64,000 bases of DNA. It comes from an uncultured delta proteobacterium (GTDB lineage: Bacteria > Desulfobacterota > Binatia > UBA9968). This document shows positions 43,442-54,257 of the stretch, one piece after another (positions within the stretch are counted from its first letter, which is position 1; each line of letters begins with the position of its first letter). The translations under genes were made by a program, and so were the position numbers. The stretch spans positions 96,001 through 160,000 of the forward strand of contig CAVSLC010000019.1 of assembly GCA_963728565.1 (NCBI GenBank), read 5' to 3'. The notes beneath the pieces are model-generated. The model was not told where the DNA came from and did not search any database. It saw only the letters and a list, made by a program, of their open reading frames with translations.

Positions 43442-43744
43442 ATGCTCCGAAAACGGCTGGCGCTGTTGCTCGCTCTTTCGTGGGTGATTCTTTCCGGATA
43501 CGACGTCATTGAAGATTTGGATTTCCCGGACCGGATTGGGCTCCACAATTCCGCCGATACTCTTTTCCGCGGCTCCGGATCAGCGGGTCTCCTCGCTGGC
43601 AACATCGTCGAATCTGCGGACCGCCCGCTTCTGCGTTACGCGAGCTTGCCCGAGCATTATCTTGAGTTCACTGCCAGCTATGTCCCCGGCCTCTCTCACA
43701 AAGTCTTCAAGCTTCACAAAGTCAACCAAGTCTATTTGATCTGA
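43442..43744 (+). CDS. Small hypothetical protein with N-terminal signal/TM segment; candidate leader (uORF) peptide
   Basis: MLRKRLALLLALSWVILSGYD..FKLHKVNQVYLI; a degenerate paralog lies at 45.6-45.96 kb. Confidence 0.6.
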   Translation: MLRKRLALLLALSWVILSGYDVIEDLDFPDRIGLHNSADTLFRGSGSAGLLAGNIVESADRPLLRYASLPEHYLEFTASYVPGLSHKVFKLHKVNQVYLI

Positions 43745-43855
43745 GCGCTTCATCTGTCTTTCGTTCTCCCACTCTAGACTCCGCTAAGTTTCGCCCCAGA
43801 GAGCGCGATCGGCTGCGGCTGGTTGGTGCTAAAAGTATCGAGACGCAAGGAGACG

Positions 43856-43960
43856 ATGATGGCTGATTTCCCGTTATGGTTGAAAGGTATGGTCTGGTTG
43901 GTCGTAGGTTCTACGGCCTTTTATGCGGCTGCTCAGATTCTATACTCGTTGTTAAATTAA
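43856..43960 (+). CDS. 34-aa single-pass membrane microprotein (not in ORF track)
   Basis: AAGGAGA RBS, then MMADFPLWLKGMVWLVVGSTAFYAAAQILYSLLN*. Confidence 0.6.
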   Translation: MMADFPLWLKGMVWLVVGSTAFYAAAQILYSLLN

Positions 43961-44181
43961 CCGGCGTTTGTAGATAGCGCAGCAGTGTGGCGCGTTTTTC
44001 TACCGTTTGCCTAACTGCTTGCTGCGTTTCATCTTGCATCGGTCACTTGCCGTGGTCGAAAAAATGGCAAGTCCGCCTACGACGATTTTGCCGCCAGTGA
44101 ATAGCGTGCCGCTCTAAAAACACGCTCGTTGGATCCGCTCAAGTCGGACATCATTCTCTACCCGTCAGTCTGTGGATCAAG

Positions 44182-45504
44182 TTAAGCCTCCTCCGGGCTC
44201 TCTTCATTTGTCACGTGTGATACAAGTACTTTATCAATGCGCTTGCCGTCCATATCGACGATCTCAAACCGCAAACCATTCCACTCAAAGAATTCCGATA
44301 CCGACGGCACGCGACCCATCCTGGTAAAGATAAAACCGCCCAGGGTTTGATAGGCGTCTTGCTTTTCTCCTGGGAGGCTGTCGAGATCAAAAATTTCTTT
44401 GAACTCGTCGACCGGGATCATTCCATCCACCAGCCATGAGCCGTCGGGGCGTTGCACAGCCTTCGGCGGCGTTACGGTTTCGCCGAACGGCATATCGCCG
44501 GCGATAGCTTCGAGGACATCGTGATGGGTCAGCAACCCCTCAATGCCCCCATACTCGTCTACTACCAGCACCAGATGGCTGCCTGAGCGTTTGATATAGT
44601 CGAGCACCTGCAACGCGGTCAATGTGCGCGGCACCAGCACCGGTGCCTGTAAAGATGACGATAGGTCTATTGGCTTGCCGTACAGCGCGTTCGACAGAAG
44701 ATCCTTGGCCTGGGTGACGCCGACTAAATTATCGAGGCTGCCGTTGCCGACCGGAAACCGGGAATGTCCGCTCTCGGAGATCCTGCTGCGAATCTCTTCA
44801 ATCGAATCGCTTTGATCCAACCAAACGATCTGGGTGCGCGGCGTCATCAGCGCGCGCGCGCTTTTATCGCCCAGCTCAATAACCGCCTCGATCATATCCT
44901 GCTCGCTCTCTTCGAAAACTCCCGCTGCGGTTCCTTGTTGAATCAATCTTTTGATTTCTTCTTCGGTGACCGGAGGCTCCTGAGAGGGCGGACTGCCGAG
45001 CAACCTGAAGATCACATCCGTTGACGCTGTCAAAAGCCGAACGATGGGCGAAGAGATGGCCGACAACAGTCGCATCGGTCCCGCCATAAAAGTTGCGATT
45101 GTCTCCGCATGACTCAAGGCGATTCGTTTGGGGACCAATTCGCCGAGCACGACGGAGAAGTACGTAATGCAAATGACGACGGCGCCGAGAGCGATTGTCC
45201 TGCTGTAAGGTTCGATGGCGGGAATTCCTGCCAAGAATGCAGCGAGTTCCGAAGCTAGGGTCCGCCCGCCGAAGGCGCCGGCGAGAATACCTACAAGCGT
45301 GATGCCGATCTGAACCGTGGAAAAGAATTGGTTGGGATTCTCGGCTAGCTCTAAAGCTGATCTGGCGCTGGCGCTGCCTTTTTCCGCCCAATCTCGAAGC
45401 CGTGATTTGCGCGCGGCGACGATTGCAAGTTCAGACATGGCGAACAGTCCGTTGGCGATAATCAAGAAGATTATCACGATGGATTCAAATGCGATGGTTG
45501 TCAT
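44182..45504 (-). CDS. HlyC/CorC (CNNM, DUF21-CBS-CorC) family Mg/Co transporter-associated protein
   Basis: NGLFAMSELAIV, STVQIGIT, GELVPKRIA, MTPR, GHSRFPV, VVDEYGG, YQTLGG, DMDGKRIDKVL. Confidence 0.93.
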   Translation of the reverse strand: MTTIAFESIVIIFLIIANGLFAMSELAIVAARKSRLRDWAEKGSASARSALELAENPNQFFSTVQIGITLVGILAGAFGGRTLASELAAFLAGIPAIEPYSRTIALGAVVICITYFSVVLGELVPKRIALSHAETIATFMAGPMRLLSAISSPIVRLLTASTDVIFRLLGSPPSQEPPVTEEEIKRLIQQGTAAGVFEESEQDMIEAVIELGDKSARALMTPRTQIVWLDQSDSIEEIRSRISESGHSRFPVGNGSLDNLVGVTQAKDLLSNALYGKPIDLSSSLQAPVLVPRTLTALQVLDYIKRSGSHLVLVVDEYGGIEGLLTHHDVLEAIAGDMPFGETVTPPKAVQRPDGSWLVDGMIPVDEFKEIFDLDSLPGEKQDAYQTLGGFIFTRMGRVPSVSEFFEWNGLRFEIVDMDGKRIDKVLVSHVTNEESPEEA

Positions 45505-45614
45505 CTATTTCGATCCTGGGTTGGTATGGAAACCGGTTTCCTTGGAGTTTGGCCTTGCCTATGGGAGAAAAAGGGGTGCACGCTGGCGGCTGGAAAGTAG
45601 CCAATGCGGAGTTG

Positions 45615-45956
45615 CATAAGTTCGACGAGCCGACGATCAATCAACAATCTCTCGAACGACTTGGAATATTGAAGCGATTCTATTCAGCCGAGGCCGTCCT
45701 GAGTGAGTGATTCACAAATCGATCACTGCCCAATTCGAAATCTCGAGCGAGTTGACCGGAGATAGATTTGGTCAAGGGCGCGGCGGAGTTGTGAAGCTTT
45801 GATATTTTGCCAAAGTGCCGCAGAGCCAACCGGTAGCTGAGCCGGAAGATAGTGCTCGAACCGCTCGGAAGGTCGGGGTCTCCTATAGATGTCAAAATCG
45901 GCAACGCGGAACCAAGATATTCCCGTCAGTGGAAGCGCCAGAAACTTTCGCGCCAT
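45615..45956 (-). pseudogene. Degenerate or frameshifted paralog of the 43442 small ORF, upstream of the CorC gene
   Basis: MARKFLALPLTGISW..DFD / GDPDLP..KLHNSAAPL..SGQLA..SDR across frames; TTGACA 29 nt upstream of the ATG. Confidence 0.45.
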
Positions 45957-46009
45957 GGCGGCAATATTCATCCGCCAGCGCAGCTTGTCAAACGGAGGCT
46001 TGGAAATTC

Positions 46010-47539
46010 TTACCCCCGTGTCACTGCTGCGGGAATCGGCACGCCGGATTCGTCGAGCTGATAGGCATAAGCCTCCTTCATCTGCACGTTGCCGCTGTCG
46101 GTATAGACCAGTAGACGTTTACCATCCGTGCGAGTTTGCACGAGTCCGAAAGCGGAGCGGCTAAAGCCGAAAAAGTCACCCCGGGTTTTTGCCTTTTTTA
46201 CATCGGTGAGTCGTGACCATCCTTCTACGTTGAAAAAGGCCACCAGCTCGGTGACGAACACCAGGGGTTCCGGCACACGCGACCAGCGTCCCAGGGCGCC
46301 CATCAACGTGGCCCGCGGATGGATGTATTCCTTGCGCGCATTCTCGTCGCCACTGGAAACGATATTGACCACCGGCGATACGGCCTGAAAGAAACCACCG
46401 GAGAAGTCGGCGGAACCGTGATGGGGAACTTTGAAGACCTCCGATCGCAGGTTGAGCGCGCCGCGGTTGTGCTCGCGCGCGAGAAAGCGGCTGGCTTCCT
46501 CATTGAGATCACCGGCAAACAGGAAACTAAAGCCGCCATAAGAGAGTCGGAAAACGACTGAGTGACCATTGATCGTGTGCCCGGCGGACAAGCCTGTGAA
46601 TCCTTCTTCTGCCACATCAAGAGAGGCGTGTCCCACGCGCGGTCCTTTGGGCGGTGTGCCGAGAAATCTGAGCCCGCGCACGTTGCCGCTCTCGGTTATG
46701 GAGGGGCCGAGAACGTCGATGCGCAGCTTGCCATTGTTGAAGAAGCCGAATGCTTCACTGTCGCCGAATTCAAGCCGCCGAAAAGACACAGCGCCGCGGG
46801 AGCTGTATTCTTTTAGTGCGGCTTTCCACCGACGAAACGGCTGGTTCAACTCATCGTCCGAAACTTGCAGTAAATCATCGACAAGCCCAGTGATGATAAC
46901 GTTCTTGCCGATTTGCTTGGTCGGGCCAAGCAGCTCTCGATCGGCAACCGGTTTATTATTCTTTGTCGCCGGCCGCTTCACCAGCCCGTTGTGGTATATC
47001 CTCTGCGGGTGGATGAAGATCCGCTTGAGCTTGTTTTTGTGGATCTCTGATTTATGAATTTCGACCAGTCCTGAAAAATGGTCGGCATCGCCATGGGTGA
47101 TAAGAATGCAGTCGACGCGTTTAGGTTTGTCGAGGCTGGTGCCGCGAAACCGGGCCGCCAGGTAACGCGCGAATAGTTGGTTGTCGCCGCCATCGACCAA
47201 AATGATCTTTCCATCGGGAGATTCGATGATACTGCCATCGCCTTGCTGGACATCGACGAAGTTTACCTTAAGCACCTGATTTTGTTCTCGCGGCACGATA
47301 ATGTCAGCAGGTTTGATGCGCGATGCTTTTGTCGGTTCGATGAATCCGCCTCGGGTGGAGGGGATTAAGCTCCCGTCGGAACCTGTCTTGAAGCTAGTGA
47401 CCTCAACTTCCAGATGAGTGCTCTTCTGATCAGTGACCGTGATCTCGTCGCCCCATGCCAGGGTGCGGCGCAACGATTTGCGTCCGCGCTTGTCCCAAAC
47501 GTCAGCCAAGTCGAGGTTGATGACACATTGAGTAGACAT
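46010..47539 (-). CDS. Stand-alone ComEC/Rec2-like metallo-beta-lactamase-fold hydrolase
   Basis: FVDVQQGDG, LVDGG, THGDADH, NGHSVV, FAGDL, KVPHHGS, YIHPR. Confidence 0.85.
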   Translation of the reverse strand: MSTQCVINLDLADVWDKRGRKSLRRTLAWGDEITVTDQKSTHLEVEVTSFKTGSDGSLIPSTRGGFIEPTKASRIKPADIIVPREQNQVLKVNFVDVQQGDGSIIESPDGKIILVDGGDNQLFARYLAARFRGTSLDKPKRVDCILITHGDADHFSGLVEIHKSEIHKNKLKRIFIHPQRIYHNGLVKRPATKNNKPVADRELLGPTKQIGKNVIITGLVDDLLQVSDDELNQPFRRWKAALKEYSSRGAVSFRRLEFGDSEAFGFFNNGKLRIDVLGPSITESGNVRGLRFLGTPPKGPRVGHASLDVAEEGFTGLSAGHTINGHSVVFRLSYGGFSFLFAGDLNEEASRFLAREHNRGALNLRSEVFKVPHHGSADFSGGFFQAVSPVVNIVSSGDENARKEYIHPRATLMGALGRWSRVPEPLVFVTELVAFFNVEGWSRLTDVKKAKTRGDFFGFSRSAFGLVQTRTDGKRLLVYTDSGNVQMKEAYAYQLDESGVPIPAAVTRG

Positions 47540-47845
47540 TTCCGGTCCTTCTTTACGGCAGCCAAGCGCTGGCTCGATGCTGCCCGGTCGACAACAGTGA
47601 CAAGGCCATCATAGATGGGTTCACGGAGTGCGTTGCATGCTTTGTCTGTTCGATTACCGATCTCTACGCGAATCGGTATGAAAAAACAAAAAGCAGGGAT
47701 TTAAAACTCTCTCCGGCATGAGACATTACGACGGCTAAGCGCAATCAAAGCTTGGAACTCACAGCCGCTGCCCTAAATAAATAAACTTGACGTTCGAAAC
47801 CTGCCGTTTTATTGGAGCGGTATCCGATTCGTGAAAGGAGAAGTT

Positions 47846-48794
47846 ATGTGGAAACGTATTCTCATCGCGGCGATCGGTGTGTTTCGCGCTTGTCGATCAA
47901 GCTGCCAGCCAATCGGTTCGCGGCGCTTTTCCTTCGCCCAGCATCCAAATTCTGCCGATGATGGTTGGCGCTGAAAAAGGTTTTTACAAGCGCGAGGGGC
48001 TGGATATGGAGCTGGTCTTCGTGCGCGGCGCTTCCACCGCCGTACAAGCGCTTCTGGCCAATCAGATCCACTTCATTTTTTCGGTTGGACCCCAAATGCC
48101 CGCCGTCTGGGAAGGAAACGATATCATGTTACTGGCGCAACAAGTGGGACGGCCGACTTTCTCGCTCGTGGTTACGCCGGATATCCAAAAAATCGCGGAT
48201 CTCAGAGGCAAGAAAATCGGTGTCACCTTCGGCGGTTCGACAGCAGCGGGCACCAAGGCGCTGCTCGAGCTCAACAAGATCAATCCCGACAAGGAGGTCG
48301 AGTACATAAGCCTTCCCGGGAACGAACCCAAGATTGCGGCGTTGAAGCAGGGAATTATTTCCGCCGCATTGCTGGCGCCTCCGGCAGATTATCTGGCCAT
48401 GAAGGCGGGAATGAAGCGGCTCGTGAGCCTTGCCGACATTTTCAAGGACACGGCGTTTACCGGCCTTGCGGCTACCAGCAGGATGATCAAGGAAAATCCG
48501 CAAACGGTGAAAAAGATGGTCCGCGCCATGGTTCGCTCGGTCATCCACACGCGCGATCATCCTGAAGACGCGCTCCAGGTTTCGATGAAGCGTCTCGGCC
48601 TTGAGCGCGACGCCGCCCAGGACGCCTATCAGATGATTCGGCAAGCCCTGGTACCGGTGCCTACGGAAAATGGCGTGGAGTTGATGGCCCAGTGGCAAGC
48701 CATCGCGTTAAATACAAAGCCGAAACGAAAGCCCAGTGAGTACATGGATTTGCGCTTCGTTAATGAGGTCATGGCTGAGCTGGGGCACAAATAG
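47846..48794 (+). CDS. ABC transporter substrate-binding protein (NMT1/SsuA-like; frameshift in signal peptide)
   Basis: AAAGGAG RBS then MWKRILIAA; KGFYKREGLDMEL, IADLRGKKIGV, IKENPQTV. Confidence 0.85.
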
Positions 48795-48839
48795 GGCGCC
48801 GTTCAAAATTGCGCCGCGTTAAATCGCGCTGCCGCTGAG

Positions 48840-49669
48840 TTATGCGCTCTCAGGCTCGCAGCGCTTCGGTCCCCGGTGCCATAACTCGTGGAAAAGCTCC
48901 ACCGAGCCCGGCGCAAAGCCCGCATAGTGATTGCTGAAAAAAACGTACGCTCGCGAAGCTCGCTCGGCGATTTTTTTGAGCTCTTCGATCCAGACTATCA
49001 ATTCAGAGGTTTTGTCCTCAGTCAGATGGTCCCAGCGCTGAGCTTTGGCTTCTTTTCGATCGCCGATGAAGCGAGCATAAAGGAAGTCGCCGCAGAGGAG
49101 ATCGAGCTGCGCGAGCGAGCACATCAATGCTTGGCATCCAAGCCTGGGCGACAACCACGAAAGCCACCGAGTGGTCTCTTAACATTTCGAGAAAGTCCCA
49201 GCTGATCCAATTCTTATTTCGTATCTCCACGGCAAACTTAAATTCCTTTGGCAGCGTTTTCAGAAACGGCTGCAGCAGCTTGTCGAACTGAGCTCGTGAA
49301 GCGAAAGCATTTTGGTTGAAGTAGGGAAATTGAAGCAGCAGCGGGCCCAGGCGGTCGCCTAGAAGATCGAGGCTATTTAAAAACGTCGTGAGCTCGCGCT
49401 GGCAATCCTTCATCACTTTCTGGTGCGTAATGACTCCTGGCACCTGGGCCGCAAAAACAAATCCCGCTGGAGTGTTTTCCTTCCATCCGGCCACGCACTG
49501 CGCGCGCTGGAATGGTAGAGTACGTGGAGTCGAGTTCGACGGCGCGAAAGGCGCGCGCATAATGTTGAATCAAATCCTGAGGCTTTGAGTCCGCCGGATA
49601 AAACGATCCGATCCAATCCGGGTATGTCCAACCGGAAGTTCCAACATAGACATTGGTCGGAAAAGCCAT
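48840..49669 (-). CDS. DUF72 (YecE-like) TIM-barrel protein (frameshifted)
   Basis: VGTSGWTYPDW.GSFYP, VELDSTY, LGPLLLQFP, FAVEIRN, YARFIG, YVFFSNHYAG across three frames. Confidence 0.88.
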
Positions 49670-49723
49670 CAATGCTAGTGTTCACCACATGTCGTGGCGA
49701 TGGTCAACGGGAGCACGAATTTG

Positions 49724-49752
49724 TTGACATTGTTGGAGCGGCCGTTTAACGT
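49724..49752 (+). promoter_or_regulatory. Putative sigma70 promoter for the MerR-mutS operon
   Basis: TTGACA-17 nt-TAACGT; overlapped by the inverted repeat GTCAAC...GTTGAC (49703-49728). Confidence 0.45.
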
Positions 49753-49785
49753 GGAAACCACTCTTGTTTTCATTCTTGCTTTGCG

Positions 49786-50367
49786 ATGGAAACCTACAAC
49801 AGCAAGGAAGCCAGCCGGATCGCCGGCGTTTCTCTCCGTCAGATTCAGTATTGGGACGAGCGCGGCTTTATTCGCCCGTCGGTAAAGGCCGCGCAGGGGC
49901 GGGGTAGCAAAAGGCTTTACTCTTTCCACGATCTGCTGTGCCTCAAAGTGATGAAGGATCTGACGCATCGAGGGCTGAGCTTGCGGAAGGTTCGGCGCTG
50001 CTTGCAACCGTTGAGACGTTACAGCGCCGAACACGGGCGAGCTCTGGAATCACTCAGATATCTCACCGATGGCGAAAAGCTTTTCGTCATCACCAGCGAC
50101 CGGGAAAAGATTTTCGATGCAATCGATCGGCAGTTCGTATTTTCCGTCGGCATCGGCAACCTGGTGCGCGAGCTGAATAACTCCCTCAGGCGGGCTGCCG
50201 CCGCAACCGGCCGAGCAAACGCGAGGACAATGCGCCGGTACGTCGAAAAACAGGCCGGGTCGCGCCTGACCAACGATGGAGCCCGCCAAGATCACTCCGA
50301 TGATGCAGCAGTACCTGCAAATCAAGGAGAGGTACCGCGATGCGATTCTGTTTTTCCGGCTCGGTGA
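49786..50367 (+). CDS. MerR-family HTH regulator, Rv1830/McdR-like (true stop probably ~50269)
   Basis: GVSLRQIQYWDERGFIRPS..GRGSKRLYSFHDLLCLKV..GLSLRKVR..TDG; tail runs into mutS, with an out-of-frame TGA at 50267. Confidence 0.82.
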   Translation: METYNSKEASRIAGVSLRQIQYWDERGFIRPSVKAAQGRGSKRLYSFHDLLCLKVMKDLTHRGLSLRKVRRCLQPLRRYSAEHGRALESLRYLTDGEKLFVITSDREKIFDAIDRQFVFSVGIGNLVRELNNSLRRAAAATGRANARTMRRYVEKQAGSRLTNDGARQDHSDDAAVPANQGEVPRCDSVFPAR

Positions 50368-52869
50368 TTTCTATGAAATGTTCTTCGAGGACGCGCAAAC
50401 CGCGTCTCGAATCCTCGATATCGCCCTGACCTCGCGGCACAAGAGCGAAGAGTCGCCGGTGCCGCTTTGCGGCGTGCCTTATCATGCAGCCGAACCGTAT
50501 ATCCAGAAATTACTAGACGCAGGACATAAGGTCGCCGTTTGCGAGCAAATTGAAGATCCTAAGACAGCCAAAGGAGTTGTTCAACGTGAAGTTGTCCGGG
50601 TCATCACGCCCGGCACCGTTACCGCCGCGGAAGCGCTCGATGCGCGCGGCAACAACTTCTTGATTGCCGTGTGCCAGGATAATCGGAATTTCGGCTTGGC
50701 GGTAACCGATATCACCACCGGCGAATTTCGTTGCACGCAATTTGCCGAGGAACAGTCGTTTCTCGACGAGATCGGCCGTATCGCACCAAGCGAAATCATT
50801 GCGCCGCGCAACGTCGCCGGGCTCTTGAGATTGCTGCGCAAAGAATTTTCCAGCCTCCATATCACGGCAGCGCCGGAAGAGTTTTTTTCCGGGGACGCGG
50901 CGCGCAAGCTGATGACGGCCGAGGACTCCAACGGACAGAGCCGGCGCCCGGCATCAGGGTGTTTTTGCGGCTTCCGGGATCATCAACTATTTGGCAGTCA
51001 ACGTCGGCGAATTCCTTAAAGTGATCGGCGGCCTGGAGTTCTACGTTGCCTCGCATTATTTGGTCCTTGACGAGAATACCCGGCGCAATCTCGAGCTCGC
51101 CAACGATAACGATGGAACTCGCAAAGGCTCGCTACTCTCGGTGCTCGATCGAACTGAAACTCCCATGGGCGCGCGCCGCCTGCGCCAATGGCTCTTTTAC
51201 CCTCTGCTGGATGTCGCCGCCATTCGCGAGCGACAAGCGGGTGTCCAGGCGCTGGTTGAAAATTACCGGTTGCGCCAGGATTTAAAAAGAGCCTTGCACA
51301 ATGTACAGGACCTCGAGCGCTTGGCCGCGCGCACGGTCGCGGGCACGGCATCGCCAAGGGATCTGGTGGCGATTAAACAGACGCTTCTCGCATTAGCGGA
51401 TTTGCGGAGATTATTGGCGGGGGAGAACACCGACATCTTGTGCGTCCTGCGCGAGCAACTTTCAGAGTTGCCGGAAATCGTCGAAACTCATCAGCACGGC
51501 GGTCGTCGATGATCCGCCTTTTTCACTGAAGGACGGCGGTTACATTCGCCAGGGTTTCGACCCGGAACTCGATGACATTCGCAGCGGCAGAAGCCAAGCC
51601 AAGCAATGGATTGCCGCATTCGAAACGGCTGAACGGCGTCGCACGGGTATCAACTCCCTGAAGGTGCGCTATAATCGTGTATTTGGCTATTACATCGAGG
51701 TAACCAGCTCGAACTTAAAAGCGGTGCCCGAGGATTACATTCGTAAACAGACTCTGGTTAATGGCGAACGCTATATCACGCCGGAACTAAAGGAATACGA
51801 AACCAGAGTTCTTAATTCCCAAAGCCTGTTGGAAAAATTGGAAGCCGAGTTGCTCGGCGGCGTCCGCGGGCAGGTCGCGGGCGCTTATCCCGGGCTGAAA
51901 CAATCCGGAACAGCGCTGGCTTGCATCGATGTTTTGCTGTCGTTTGCTGAAGTCGCCGAGTCCTGCCATTGGGTCGCTCCGTCAGTCGACGACGGCTTGA
52001 TCCTGACTGTCCGTGAAGGCCGCCACCCGGTGGTCGAAGCGGCCATTGGCCGCGGCGCTTTTGTGCCTAATGACTGCGTTATCGATCCCAACGATCAGCA
52101 GATTTTGATGCTGACCGGCCCCAACATGGCAGGCAAGTCGACCTACATGCGCCAGGTCGCCTTGATCACGATTCTGGCCCAGATGGGAAGTTTTGTGCCG
52201 GCCAGCGAAGCTCGGATCGGCCTGGTTGACCGTGTGTTTACTCGAATCGGCGCCAGCGATTCTCTATCGCGCGGTGAATCGACTTTTATGATCGAGATGA
52301 AGGAAACCGCTGCCATTTTGGAGCATGCGACGCAGCGAAGCTTAATACTGTTGGACGAAGTCGGTCGCGGCACCAGCACCTTCGACGGGATCTCCATTGC
52401 CTGGGCTGTCGCAGAATCGCTGCACGAGCGCGCCGAGCGCCCGCGGACGTTATTTGCCACCCATTATCATGAGCTCACCGATCTCGCGCGCACCAAAGAA
52501 CGAATCAAGAATTACAACTTCGCCGTCAAAGAGTGGCAGGGCGATATCATTTTTTTAAGAAACCTGGCGTTGAAGGCGCGGCCAGCCGCAGTTACGGCAT
52601 TCACGTGGCCCGTTTAGCCGGCTTGCCGGCGCCGGTGATTGACCATGCCAAAGCCATTCTCGCGCGACTCGAGGGCGGCGGGGATGAGTGTCGCGGACGC
52701 TTGACATCCATGGGCATCGGCCGCCGGCGACCAGCCCCTGCAGATGACATTATTTACAAGCGCCGGGGATCGGTTTCGGGAGCGACTGCGGAGTATCGAC
52801 GTATCAACGATTACTCCGGTGGAAGCGCTCAATATCCTCTTCAAGCTCACCGAAGATGCTAAGAAATGA
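50276..52869 (+). CDS. mutS: DNA mismatch repair protein MutS (several frameshifts)
   Basis: TPMMQQY, FFRLGDFYEMF, TPMGARRL, TGPNMAGKST, GESTFM, DEVGRGTSTFDG, FATHYHEL, SYGIHVARLAGLP. Confidence 0.97.
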
Positions 52870-52879
52870 TTCCCATCGC

Positions 52880-54243
52880 ATGAGGTATCTGATGACGAGA
52901 AGAAGCTTCCGCTACAGTCGCGACCGCTATTGAGGTGTTGTCGCTTTGCTCGGGATGTCTTTGGCTCATTTCGATTCTTTTGCCGCGGCGCAAAGCAACA
53001 AAAGAACCGGCGCGGTATCGCCGGGTAAGTCAACGAAAGCTGACATGCCGTCGGCACGCGAGCAGGCGCAACCGACCGAGGAACCAAAGCCCGAGCCCTC
53101 GGCTTTCGCCGGGCGCTAGCGGACAAGAGCTTAGTGAGTTCGGTGCGCTTCATCTCCACTTCGCGCTATACTCGCGTGCTGCTCGACTTATCCAAAGAAG
53201 CTAAATATCGAAATTCACCGGCTTGAGGGAGATAAGTCGAAAGGGTTGGCGCCGCGAACTTACATCGACATCTCAGGGGCGCAACTGCTGACGCATTCTA
53301 AAGAACCGCTCGCGGTTGGCGACCGGCTTTTGCGCCAGATACGCGTCGGCCAGTATAGCGATGATGTCGTGCGGGTAGTTTTGGACTTGGCCGATGATCA
53401 GGACCGCTTATGAAATTTCGTTACTTCCCGATTTGTATCGACTGGTCATCCATATCCAGCCTCAACGGACCGGTGAGACGGTTAAATCAGGCGCCGATAA
53501 GGCGGTTATCAGGACAACTGCAAAAACTAAGCAACCGGCGAAGACAACGGTGTCCGGCATCCGTAAAATCGTACTGGATCCGGGCCACGGCGGCAAGGAT
53601 CCGGGCGCCATCGGTGTCGGCGGAGTAGCTGAGAAAGATCTGGTGCTGTCAATCGCCAAGAAACTGGCGATCAAGCTCACACGTGAATTGGGGATCGAAG
53701 TGATCTTGACGCGCAAAGACGATCGCTACATTCCGCTGGAAGACCGCACCGCCACCGCAAATGCCGAAGACGCCGATTTGTTCGTCTCGCTTCACATGAA
53801 CGCCAGTCCGAACCTAGAAGCCAGAGGACTGGAAACCTATTATCTCGACAACACCAGCGATGAAGCCTCGATCCGGCTGGCCGCCCGGGAAAACAGCACG
53901 TCGCGAAAAAATATTTCGGATCTGCAGTTCATCTTGAGCGACATGATGCAGAATGTGAAGCTTGAAGACTCGATCAGTCTGGCGCACCATCTCCAGGGCG
54001 CCGTGGTCAGCGGCATGTCGCGCAAGATGAGCGATGTCAAAGATCTGGGCGTTAAGAAAGCACTGTTTTACGTGCTGGTCGGCGCCCGGATGCCGAGCGT
54101 TTTAGTGGAAATGTTTTTCATCACCAATCGTGTTGAAGGCCGGGCGATGAACGATGAAGGACATCAGGACGCAATGGTCGACGCGCTGCTGGAGGGCATT
54201 CGCAGATACAATCAGGGCACAGTGGCGACTAGAACACTTGTAG
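52880..54243 (+). CDS. amiC: N-acetylmuramoyl-L-alanine amidase with AMIN domain (frameshifted; start approximate)
   Basis: AMIN-like YTRVLLDL and IRVGQYSDDVVRVVLDL; amidase_3 motifs VLDPGHGGKDPGA, EKD, SLHMNAS, PSVLVE. Confidence 0.85.
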
Positions 54244-54257
54244 AGGTAAACTTACTC

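Noticed and set aside
50276-52869. mutS as a true pseudogene producing a mutator that explains the frameshifts
   Set aside because: Essential genes such as trpS and glmM are equally broken, and the breaks are indels rather than in-frame nonsense changes. Sequencing error is more parsimonious.
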